Positions 8,738 through 16,846 of a stretch of 25,033 nt of DNA are shown here, in pieces. The stretch covers positions 1 through 25,033 of IMG/VR virus record IMGVR_UViG_3300009602_000083; one strand, given 5' to 3'. The notes beneath the pieces were generated by a model. That model saw only the letters and a program-made list of their open reading frames with translations, was not told where the DNA came from and made no database searches. Each line of letters begins with the position of its first letter. The first letter of the stretch is position 1. The translations under genes were made by a program, and so were the position numbers. The DNA comes from a virus. Lineage: Duplodnaviria; Caudoviricetes.

Positions 8738-9072
8738 TGCCTGAGGAGACGCACTATCTAAAGCAGAATGATGTCGGTGGAGTCATTGAGAGGACGCTGA
8801 GGGACGGCTTTGGAGTCCCTGCTAACCTCACTGGCGCGACGGTGGTATTCTCCATGAGAGTGAAGCCTGCAGGCACTGTCAAGATTAGTGCTGCAGGAGC
8901 TACCTTGGTGACAGCTGTAGACGGTCTAGTTAGATACACCTTCACGGCGGGTAACACTGATACAGCGGATGAATATGAGGCTGAATTCCAAGCGACCTAC
9001 TCCAATGGAGACGTCCAAAGCTACCCGGAGGATGGCTATATCCCGGTGGTGATTACGGACGATATTGCGTAA
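8737..9072 (+). CDS. BppU N-terminal-like Ig-fold structural protein
   Basis: LKQND...NLTGATVVFSM...G.VRYTF...TDTA.EYEAEFQ.TY..G...SYP pattern. Confidence 0.75.
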   Translation: MPEETHYLKQNDVGGVIERTLRDGFGVPANLTGATVVFSMRVKPAGTVKISAAGATLVTAVDGLVRYTFTAGNTDTADEYEAEFQATYSNGDVQSYPEDGYIPVVITDDIA

Positions 9073-10388
9073 TGGTTACGACTACTAGGGTCAACCTGAG
9101 AAAGGAGGTCTCCGAGGCAACAGGGGATCACTTCTCTTTTACGGCGTCTGCTGATGGGACTACGAAGTCCTTGATTGCGGCTTCGCTGAGGAATGAGGTA
9201 GGTGGGACTGACCCGAATGGTTTCATCGGCCAGTATTTCTTGTCTACTGATGGAAACAACAGCGGGGAGCAGCAGCGCTGCGATACCTACTCTCCCGACA
9301 CGAACGACGGACCACTGGTCGTCTTCCAGTCTACCTTCACAAACGCCATCTCTAACGGAGATGGATTCGAGATGCACAGAATCAACCCCGTCCAGAAGCA
9401 CACGGCCGTTGCACAGGCTCTAGCGGAGCTCTACCCGGTCCTCTACCTGCCAATCAAGGATGAAAGCCTCATCGTGGACAGCAGGATCCTCAATGGTGGC
9501 TTCGAGGACTTTGACTCCACTGATCCCGACAATTGGACGAAGAGTGGGACTGGGACTCCTTCCAAAGAGACGACCATCGTCTTCCACGGATCCAACAGCT
9601 TCAAGATGCTCGAGACGAGTGGAAGCGCAGTCCTCCGGTACTACCAGGATATGGACATTGCCTCCATCAGCGGGATCGCCGGCGTTGCGGCCGTCTTCAA
9701 AGCCTGGGTGTACGCCACGGCGGCATCTACAGCTCGAATCATCATAGACTTCGGGTCGTCTGAGGAGGCCAGCGACTATCATGGGGGGTCGTCTGAATGG
9801 GAGCAGTTGACGGTTTCTTCAGCTGTTCCCACAGACGCCACCAGGGTTAGAATCACGCTCGAGGTGATCGCGAGTGGGACTGGCTATTTCGATGGAATGT
9901 GGGCTGCGGTGGATCCGGTCTACCGGTATACGGTCCCTAACAGCATCATCGCTGGCCCCACCAGGATTCTTCAGCAGCATAATGAGGCTCTACCTAAGGG
10001 CCCTTACTACCCGATTCCTGAGGGTGCTGCACCCACCCAAGGGAGGATTCTACGACTCGAGGGGGAGGGCGTGCTCTCTCGCCCTTCCTCCGAGTCGGGA
10101 ACGACTGAGCTAGTAGAGCCAAGACTCTCCTTATTCAGGGCGATGGCCGCGTTGAAGCTGGTGAATATCTTGGGAGAGCAGTCTGCCTCCGAGCAGATTA
10201 CGATGCTAGAGAAGCGTGTAGAGGGCTGGGAGAAGACGGTGATGCGGCTCTCACGTCAAGCTGGGATACGTATGCCAAGGCTGCCTGTGGATTCCTTCAA
10301 GGGGGTATGGAGTGTGAGTCAGGATTCCACCGGTCGGGTCATTGAATCTGTGGTCTCAAGACGTGGGACGGACTTCAGTACCGCCTGA
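9072..10388 (+). CDS. Head-tail adaptor-like protein with inserted carbohydrate-binding (CBM4/9-like) module
   Basis: Helical N- and C-termini; central ILNGGFE..W..HGSNS..WVY..WEQLTV..YFDG galactose-binding-like pattern (about 9486-9911); precedes nozzle-like gene. Confidence 0.6.
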   Translation: MVTTTRVNLRKEVSEATGDHFSFTASADGTTKSLIAASLRNEVGGTDPNGFIGQYFLSTDGNNSGEQQRCDTYSPDTNDGPLVVFQSTFTNAISNGDGFEMHRINPVQKHTAVAQALAELYPVLYLPIKDESLIVDSRILNGGFEDFDSTDPDNWTKSGTGTPSKETTIVFHGSNSFKMLETSGSAVLRYYQDMDIASISGIAGVAAVFKAWVYATAASTARIIIDFGSSEEASDYHGGSSEWEQLTVSSAVPTDATRVRITLEVIASGTGYFDGMWAAVDPVYRYTVPNSIIAGPTRILQQHNEALPKGPYYPIPEGAAPTQGRILRLEGEGVLSRPSSESGTTELVEPRLSLFRAMAALKLVNILGEQSASEQITMLEKRVEGWEKTVMRLSRQAGIRMPRLPVDSFKGVWSVSQDSTGRVIESVVSRRGTDFSTA

Positions 10389-12625
10389 TGGTCGCTGGGC
10401 TCACACATGACATAAAACTGTCTGACTTTGACACCCGGAATGCTCGGGGATTCATGTATTCCCGAGACCGGCGTACCCGTCATCGACGCTTCATGGTCAG
10501 GGAGGCGCCCGGCGCCCCTGAGAGGGGTATGACCATGGGGGAGATGACCCAGGCGGAGCAATCTCCTGTCTACGAGCTGGTGCATTACGTTGACTTCTGG
10601 GGGAAGGGGATAGGGGGCAGGAGATGGATTGACCCCGAGGACCGGGGTAAGCTGAAGATCTCGAAGAAGATCCTCACCTATCCCCGCGGCTCTCTCTTAC
10701 CAGCGAAGGAGCTTCGGAATACCACCCTCTCCTCTGCAGCTGATGAGAAGATCCCTACAGGGTTCGCGGTAGCTCCTCGGGATACTTCGTCCGGCGCCAC
10801 TGGGGGTTATGAGGAGACCGAGCTCTGGGCCTTCGTCGGTCGAGACGTATATTCCGGTGGGGACGACAATTGGACCCTGGAAACAGAGCCTCAGGCTCTT
10901 GCTGTGTACTACCGGAATGGGGTCACCTTCGGGAAGTGGGTCGTGGCTCCTGCTTGGTGGGGTGGGACGGACATGCCCGACGTGGCGATGCCGTACATCT
11001 TCAAGGACTCCATCACGGCGAACTGGACGGCCTCAACTATCACCGCTGGCAGGTTCAAGCACTTCGCCGTCGCTAAGAACAATGCTGGCAATGATCTGCT
11101 CTGGGGTGGTAACCACGTATTCTACACAGGAAAGACGCTTGACGGTGCTCACAATAACAGCACGACCTCACTGACGGCGAGTGCTTCCATTGATAGCGAC
11201 ATCTCGGTGGGGGACATCATCATCTGCGGTGTTGGGGATGACGCGGAGCAGGAGCCGATGCTCGTCACCGCTAGGTCCGGAACCTCCATCACAGTCATCC
11301 GGGCCTACGGATCCGCAGCCGTCACCTATGAGGGAGGGGAGCAGATTCATGTCTACTCTCCCCACGGGATTAAGTCCTCCAGCGACCCCTCAAATTCAGG
11401 TTCCTGGTCCTCAATAACCACGATCGGGGAGAAGGAGTACGCGATCCAAGGCCTAGCGGTCCATGAGGACACCAATACCCTCCTGATCGCCAAGCAGGAT
11501 GGTCTCTGGCAGCAATACGCGGAGCCTATTGCTCAGCGGCTCTTCGTCCGCAACCTCACTATTGACTACCGCGGTCAGGGGCACCCGGTCAACTTCGTTG
11601 GAATCCATGTCTACCAGGGGCATACTCTGCTCCCTCTGGGTGGCGGGGGCCTTCTCGACATGAACGTGGCGACGGGGGAAATCGTCGACATCAGCTTTTC
11701 CCTCTCTGCCCCGGATGAGACTAAGCTCCACGGCCAGGTGCTCTACCTGGAGAGTGGCCCCACCTGCCTGTTCATGGCGCTGAAGGACAAGGATGCCGAG
11801 CTGATACACCTTCTAGCCGGCCACCTTATCACCGTCGACGGAGTGACCAACTGGGCCTGGGAGATGATCGGGGAGGCTGGAGCAGGAGCTGCTATCACCG
11901 ACCATCAGACTATTCTCTTTCACGACGCCACACGGGACGACCACGACCGGCTTTGGATCGGCTTCACAGAGGCATCGGTAGAAGAGGTGCCTCACTTCCT
12001 GCCGACCAGCGACAGGGATAAGACCGACGGGTATAACAATGACGGAGACGGCTATGCAGACCTGCTAGACATCGACTTCAACCTGCCGAGGATTCCCAAG
12101 ACCCTGGTGGATATAGACGTCGAGTCGAAGAATCTTCTTGCCTCCGCAGGGCGCCAGTGGGAGTTCCAGATCCTGATCGATGACCCGACTGGTACGTTCG
12201 TGGCGACAGACGCTGTGAACGTCTCTCCCTTCCAGACCATAGAGCTGCCGGCTGGATCCCAAGGTAGGGTGCTGCAGATTAGGGCAGTCCCCAATGCCAC
12301 CTCGGTGACCACCATTGGGGCAGAGATTCTCAGTGTCCGAGTGAAGGCCTACCTGCAGCCGGATCCCCAGAAGGTACTCCCCATGTCACTCTATCTAGCT
12401 GATAACCAGATGGGGTTGAATGGCGTGGTGAATTCCACGTTGCAGGGAGACCTGAATCAGTTGAACGCCTGGAATGAGGATGCCGGGGACTTGATCCTTA
12501 CTACGCCGGACGGGAAGGTCAGGAACGTCGTCTTCCTCCCTGGTACAATGGTCGTGGAAGAGCACTTTAAGCAGCTGGGGAGGCGATCAGAGTACACCGT
12601 CACCTTCCTTCTTGCGGAGATATGA
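10388..12625 (+). CDS. Tail nozzle/hub protein (P22 gp10 / T7 gp12-like, beta-propeller)
   Basis: 745 aa, beta-rich with propeller-like blades; follows adaptor-like gene; no tape measure, tube or sheath in the window. Confidence 0.6.
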   Translation: MVAGLTHDIKLSDFDTRNARGFMYSRDRRTRHRRFMVREAPGAPERGMTMGEMTQAEQSPVYELVHYVDFWGKGIGGRRWIDPEDRGKLKISKKILTYPRGSLLPAKELRNTTLSSAADEKIPTGFAVAPRDTSSGATGGYEETELWAFVGRDVYSGGDDNWTLETEPQALAVYYRNGVTFGKWVVAPAWWGGTDMPDVAMPYIFKDSITANWTASTITAGRFKHFAVAKNNAGNDLLWGGNHVFYTGKTLDGAHNNSTTSLTASASIDSDISVGDIIICGVGDDAEQEPMLVTARSGTSITVIRAYGSAAVTYEGGEQIHVYSPHGIKSSSDPSNSGSWSSITTIGEKEYAIQGLAVHEDTNTLLIAKQDGLWQQYAEPIAQRLFVRNLTIDYRGQGHPVNFVGIHVYQGHTLLPLGGGGLLDMNVATGEIVDISFSLSAPDETKLHGQVLYLESGPTCLFMALKDKDAELIHLLAGHLITVDGVTNWAWEMIGEAGAGAAITDHQTILFHDATRDDHDRLWIGFTEASVEEVPHFLPTSDRDKTDGYNNDGDGYADLLDIDFNLPRIPKTLVDIDVESKNLLASAGRQWEFQILIDDPTGTFVATDAVNVSPFQTIELPAGSQGRVLQIRAVPNATSVTTIGAEILSVRVKAYLQPDPQKVLPMSLYLADNQMGLNGVVNSTLQGDLNQLNAWNEDAGDLILTTPDGKVRNVVFLPGTMVVEEHFKQLGRRSEYTVTFLLAEI

Positions 12626-12906
12626 TGCGTGATCCTCTACATAATCAACAGGAGCATGTGCTGGTGGAGGATGCGATTCGGCATGTCATGCTGCCTACGG
12701 TAGACGACCCGGCTACTCCTGAGCATCGGCTGACGTTCATGCTCAACCTGATGAACCAGAGACTAGACGCCCTCCCAGAGAGGATTGCTGAGGCGTTGAA
12801 CGGGGACGGGAAGAGCAGGTGGACGAAGATAAAAGAGAAAGCCCCACCCGTTATTGGGTGGAGCTCTCTGTTCGGTCTCTTCGCGGCTATCTTGAAGATG
12901 CTCTAG
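12622..12906 (+). CDS. Small protein with C-terminal membrane helix (holin-like?)
   Basis: ATGA coupling; short coiled segment then PVIGWSSLFGLFAAILKML; last gene of late arm. Confidence 0.55.
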   Translation: MMRDPLHNQQEHVLVEDAIRHVMLPTVDDPATPEHRLTFMLNLMNQRLDALPERIAEALNGDGKSRWTKIKEKAPPVIGWSSLFGLFAAILKML

Positions 12907-13024
12907 CTGACTTCTTCCCCCCTCCTTCACAGTAGTGGCGCCCTACTCTATGCCGGTGGATGCGCCCCTTCCAGAGGAGAATCCAGCGTAGGCAGTCGGG
13001 GCAGCGGCCATAGCTTGGACTCAC
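12887..13024 (-). CDS. 45-aa zinc-finger microprotein (not in ORF track)
   Basis: Hand translation MSPSYGRCPDCLRWILLWKGRIHRHRVGRHYCEGGGKKSARASSR; AAGGAG 7 nt before GTG 13024; CxxC..H..C motif. Confidence 0.7.
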   Translation of the reverse strand: MSPSYGRCPDCLRWILLWKGRIHRHRVGRHYCEGGGKKSARASSR

Positions 13025-13028
13025 AAGC

Positions 13029-13370
13029 TTACTCCTTCTTCCTCTCCACCAACAGCCATGGACTCCCTTCCTCCTTTGAGGCTTCCGTAGCTGCTTTTAT
13101 GATTTCAGGACTGACGCCGGCATCCACCAAGCTCTTCTTGAACTTTGGTGGCTTCTGAGTGGTGGTGGTCCGCCAGGTGATCATATGCTGGTCCAGGGAG
13201 AACTTCTTCTCGTCGGGGAACTCCTCCAGGATCACCTTGAGGATCTCCTTCTGGGCGTCCTCTATCTCCTCCATCTGCTGTCTGATTTCTCGGGCCTGGA
13301 GAAGCTTCACGCAGACCTCTTCAATTCCAGGGTGGTCTAGCTCTAGCGGCTTTGGTGCTTTAACGGCCAT
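13029..13370 (-). CDS. Hypothetical protein (113 aa, coiled-coil N-half)
   Basis: Strong AAAGGAG SD; follows polymerase. Confidence 0.8.
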   Translation of the reverse strand: MAVKAPKPLELDHPGIEEVCVKLLQAREIRQQMEEIEDAQKEILKVILEEFPDEKKFSLDQHMITWRTTTTQKPPKFKKSLVDAGVSPEIIKAATEASKEEGSPWLLVERKKE

Positions 13371-13394
13371 CTCTCTCTCCTTTGATCTCTTCCA

Positions 13395-16247
13395 TTAGGT
13401 CATTTCTCTCCAGTTCTTTCCTACCTTAGTCTCCACCTTCACGGGCACTGAGAGTCGCACGGCGTCCTCCATCATTGGGACTATGAAGACCTTCCAGTTC
13501 TCCATACCGGCATCCGGAAGTTCCCACATCAGCTCATCGTGGATCTGGAGGAGCCAGTTCGGACCTCTTACTCCATCTCTGTTCTCCGCTCTCCAGATGT
13601 TCACCATCGCCAGCTTGAGGATCCCTTGTGCGCTGCTCTGGATGGGCATATTGATTGCCTTCCGCTCCCCATCTCCACGATACCTGGGAATTGGGCATCC
13701 CATCTCTGGTGTATAGCGGATCCTCCCGAACATGTCCTTCACGAAGCCATTGAGTCGAGCGAAGGAGAGAATACCATCCTGCCAATCCCTGAGCTCTGGC
13801 CGGAGCTTATAGTAGTCCTTGATGAAATTCTCGCAGCGCCGTTCGTCCCATCCTTCAATCCCTTCTGACTCCATCTGGGTGAGGAGACCATAAGGTGAGA
13901 GCCCGTAGAGGACTCCGAAGCCAAGGGTCTTCGCGGCATAGCGCTCCGCGGATCCCTTTTCTACCACCTTCCCATACATCTGGTTGGCGGTCTCTGTGTG
14001 AATGTCCCGGTCTTCCCAGAACAGGTCGATCATGGACTTGCACTGAGCTAGGTGTGCGGCGACTCTCATCTCTATTTGGGAGTAGTCTGCAGCAAGGAGG
14101 CTCCAGTCTGGTGCCCGTGAGACGAAGGCCTGTCGTACCAGCTGACCCAGCTCGGTTCGGACTGGTATCTGCATGAGGTTAGGCCGGCGCATGCTCCAAC
14201 GCCCAGTCCCTGTCCTGGTCGGGTTGATGGTGGGGTGGATCTTGCTCTCTGAATCTGCCCACTTGTAGAGGGGGTCAGAGAAGGAGTTCTTCAGGTGGGC
14301 TAGATGCCGGTACTCCTCCACCAGCTTCACGACAGGGTGCTTGATCTTCGCCAGCTCGTCGGACTCTACCGAGGGCAGGCGAGTCTTCTTCGTCAGCTTC
14401 GTAGGCTTAAAGCCCAGGTGGTAGAAGAATAGGAGACGGAGTTCCTTGTCACTGTTCGGGTTGAAGCGCCAATATCCACTCTCTTGACATGGTTGGCAGA
14501 CGGATTCCGTGCCAAGGAACTCTGGACCACCGCATCTTGGGCACTTGATTTTCAGCAGGGCGAAGATCTCCTCACTCTTCTCCTGCATCAAGGCCATGTA
14601 ATGCTCACTGAGCCACTTAAGGTGCTCCCGGTCCACCGTGATGCCGTTCTTCTCCATCTCCCGGGCGATGGGGAGAGTCTGCCGGTCTATCTCATACGCG
14701 AATCGGACACCCTTAGCATCGAGCTCCTCAGATAGGACACGGTGAACCCGGAGGGTGGCGTCAGGGTCTCTCGCCGAGTAGTAAACGGCGTCCTTCCGGG
14801 GGATGTCTTCGAGATTTGCGTCAGGCATAGTGCCAAGAACCGCCTCAATAGCTTTTCTCTCTCGGACATCAATATTATGCCAACGACTCCAGGGATCAAC
14901 TGGTCCATCTTTCAGCACCTTCCCTGACGCTAGGTCCGCCAGGATCTTCTTGATCTTCTTGGTGATGTGATTCGGGTGCTTAGCGACGATGGAGTAGGTA
15001 TTGTCCTTGACGTTCCACTTCTCGTCCTCAATGAGGGGCGGATCCGGCCACATGTCCCCGAGCTGGAGAGGTTCTCCCGTCTTCGCCGCAGCCTTGATTG
15101 CCTTCTGCGCCTGCGCGGTGGTCAGGGGAACGTCTGGGTGCTTCTGCAGCGCTGTCTGCAGGTAATAGAGAGCCTTCCCCCTCCTGTGACCGCTGATGGT
15201 GTCCATGTATGACTTCATCTCCATCCCGCAGAGGCGCCAAGCGAGCTCCTTAAGACCTTGTGGAAGCCCGAGGCAATATGCCATCGCCATCGTATCGTCG
15301 GTGTGAAAGGGAAGGTCAGCGAATTTAGAGTCAAACATGTAATTGTGGACAACCATGTGCTCCACTTCAGAGAGGTTGGGCTTCTCGGGACCATCTAGGA
15401 AGATAGCGGCTCCTGGCTCAACTGCTAGTTGGGTGCTCCAGAGGCTGTCTCCTATCGTCTCTGTGTCTAGCGCAACAACTCCTTGTTCACGGTAAGGCAT
15501 AGGCGCATCTCTAAAGCCTGCAGCTGCACCCACGTCGTAATACTCTTCCTTCCCAGCCCACTCATCCACCGGCCGCTTAATCTCCTCCCCCCTCACTAGT
15601 TTCCCAAGGACAGCGAAGTCCTCTTGGATAAATCTCATGTTTCCGGTGTCGTAGAACCCCGACGCTGGGTGATAGGCGGGGAGGAGGATTGTTCCCTCTC
15701 CAGCAGCGCTGTAAACGTGCGGTCGTTGAAGGCTACCGTGTGAACCCTCCAGCGCGTTCGTGCTAACTGGTTCAGTGTCTCCATCCCCTTCGTCTGCTCC
15801 GACTCGTCGAAGATGTGTAACCGGTATTCCATGACGGTGTTCAACGGTCTCTCCTTCACCCAACAGGAAGTCTGTCGCGACCTTCCCGAGGGTCATGATA
15901 ATCTTCGGCTGGAAGAGAGCGATCTCCTTCATCCGCCATCGCTCTCCACAGAATTGGGCCTGGGCTGGAGTAGGGTCGGCATTCCCCTCTGGCCGGCACT
16001 TCACCGTGTTGGAGAAGAGCACCTCGTCCCTGGTTAGATCACACTTCTGGAGCAGAGCGTCAAGGTATTGCCCAGCATGTCCAACCCAAGGCTGTCCCTT
16101 GGCGTCTTCGTTCTGTCCAGGTGCCTCCCCGACGATCATCACCTTTGCGTCGACAGGGCCTACCGCGGGGACTGGGCCCTTGCACTTTGCCCTGAGGTCG
16201 CAGGAGGTGCAGCTACGGTTGACGTCATACAGCGGCGTTTTGATCAT
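13395..16247 (-). CDS. polA: Family A DNA polymerase with N-terminal family-4 uracil-DNA glycosylase and 3'-5' exonuclease domains
   Basis: UDG: CTSCDL, GEAPG, NTVKCRP, YHPA. Exonuclease: LDTET, HNYMFD, YSARD. Polymerase motifs A DYSQIEMR, B RYAAKTLGFGVLYG, C IHDEL. Confidence 0.95.
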   Translation of the reverse strand: MIKTPLYDVNRSCTSCDLRAKCKGPVPAVGPVDAKVMIVGEAPGQNEDAKGQPWVGHAGQYLDALLQKCDLTRDEVLFSNTVKCRPEGNADPTPAQAQFCGERWRMKEIALFQPKIIMTLGKVATDFLLGEGETVEHRHGIPVTHLRRVGADEGDGDTEPVSTNALEGSHGSLQRPHVYSAAGEGTILLPAYHPASGFYDTGNMRFIQEDFAVLGKLVRGEEIKRPVDEWAGKEEYYDVGAAAGFRDAPMPYREQGVVALDTETIGDSLWSTQLAVEPGAAIFLDGPEKPNLSEVEHMVVHNYMFDSKFADLPFHTDDTMAMAYCLGLPQGLKELAWRLCGMEMKSYMDTISGHRRGKALYYLQTALQKHPDVPLTTAQAQKAIKAAAKTGEPLQLGDMWPDPPLIEDEKWNVKDNTYSIVAKHPNHITKKIKKILADLASGKVLKDGPVDPWSRWHNIDVRERKAIEAVLGTMPDANLEDIPRKDAVYYSARDPDATLRVHRVLSEELDAKGVRFAYEIDRQTLPIAREMEKNGITVDREHLKWLSEHYMALMQEKSEEIFALLKIKCPRCGGPEFLGTESVCQPCQESGYWRFNPNSDKELRLLFFYHLGFKPTKLTKKTRLPSVESDELAKIKHPVVKLVEEYRHLAHLKNSFSDPLYKWADSESKIHPTINPTRTGTGRWSMRRPNLMQIPVRTELGQLVRQAFVSRAPDWSLLAADYSQIEMRVAAHLAQCKSMIDLFWEDRDIHTETANQMYGKVVEKGSAERYAAKTLGFGVLYGLSPYGLLTQMESEGIEGWDERRCENFIKDYYKLRPELRDWQDGILSFARLNGFVKDMFGRIRYTPEMGCPIPRYRGDGERKAINMPIQSSAQGILKLAMVNIWRAENRDGVRGPNWLLQIHDELMWELPDAGMENWKVFIVPMMEDAVRLSVPVKVETKVGKNWREMT
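15635..15844 (-). CDS. Nested +1-frame gene inside polA, DUF4177-like small protein (start TTG 15844 or ATG 15832)
   Basis: MEYRLHIFDESEQTKGMETLNQLARTRWRVHTVAFNDRTFTALLERE resembles the DUF4177 pattern (EY..; LN.l...W.v; l.R); AAGGAG at 15856-15851, 6 nt before TTG; coincides with an insertion in the UDG domain. Confidence 0.55.
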   Translation of the reverse strand: MNTVMEYRLHIFDESEQTKGMETLNQLARTRWRVHTVAFNDRTFTALLEREQSSSPPITQRRGSTTPET

Positions 16248-16548
16248 GGGCTGCCTCCTCCACGTACTTCTCTGCTCCGGCCTTCATGATGATCACGACG
16301 TCGTCGTCCTGCAGAAGCCTCCAGGCTTCCCAGAGATTCCCACTTCCACCTAGATCGTCTGTGCTCTCAACCAGCATGATGATTCTGTCCACCAAATCTG
16401 AAGGGAGGAGGGCATAGAGGGTCTCAATGTAATGGTGCTTGTAGTAGCGCCTTGCTCCTAAGACACGTCTGCCCAAGTCCCTCCCATATCGTTCCTTCAT
16501 CTCGGCGTTCAGCCAATCCGATATAGCGTCTGTGAACTCACGCTCCAT
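16225..16548 (-). CDS. Hypothetical protein (107 aa)
   Basis: GAGGAG SD; overlaps neighbours. Confidence 0.75.
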   Translation of the reverse strand: MEREFTDAISDWLNAEMKERYGRDLGRRVLGARRYYKHHYIETLYALLPSDLVDRIIMLVESTDDLGGSGNLWEAWRLLQDDDVVIIMKAGAEKYVEEAAHDQNAAV

Positions 16549-16846
16549 GATGATGCTCCTCTCCTCCTGGCATTTCTCTCTCTTCCAGCAGCTCTCTCAG
16601 ATCCGAGGCCTCCCCAAACATCTGGTATAGCTGAATCCCGAAGGAGAGGCCACCGCACCAGACATTCATGAGGGCCCCTCGTCGGTGGTACATGCAACAG
16701 TTTATTGGCTTCGACTTCCCAATCTCCATCATGTAATCCAGCATGGCCTGATACTCCCCGGGTAGCTTTCGCGCTACGTAGGGTTCGACAGAGGTATGCT
16801 CCCTGATGACGTTGAAGAGGTTGGTCAGCTGCTCGGCGAAGGTCAT
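16538..16846 (-). CDS. Hypothetical protein (102 aa)
   Basis: ATGA coupling to upstream gene; tiles operon. Confidence 0.7.
   Translation of the reverse strand: MTFAEQLTNLFNVIREHTSVEPYVARKLPGEYQAMLDYMMEIGKSKPINCCMYHRRGALMNVWCGGLSFGIQLYQMFGEASDLRELLEEREMPGGEEHHHGA

Noticed and set aside
14687-15240. Other same-strand alternative-frame ORFs in polA (14687-14908, 15028-15240)
   Set aside because: No domain-like pattern; the polymerase frame looks like the real protein here.
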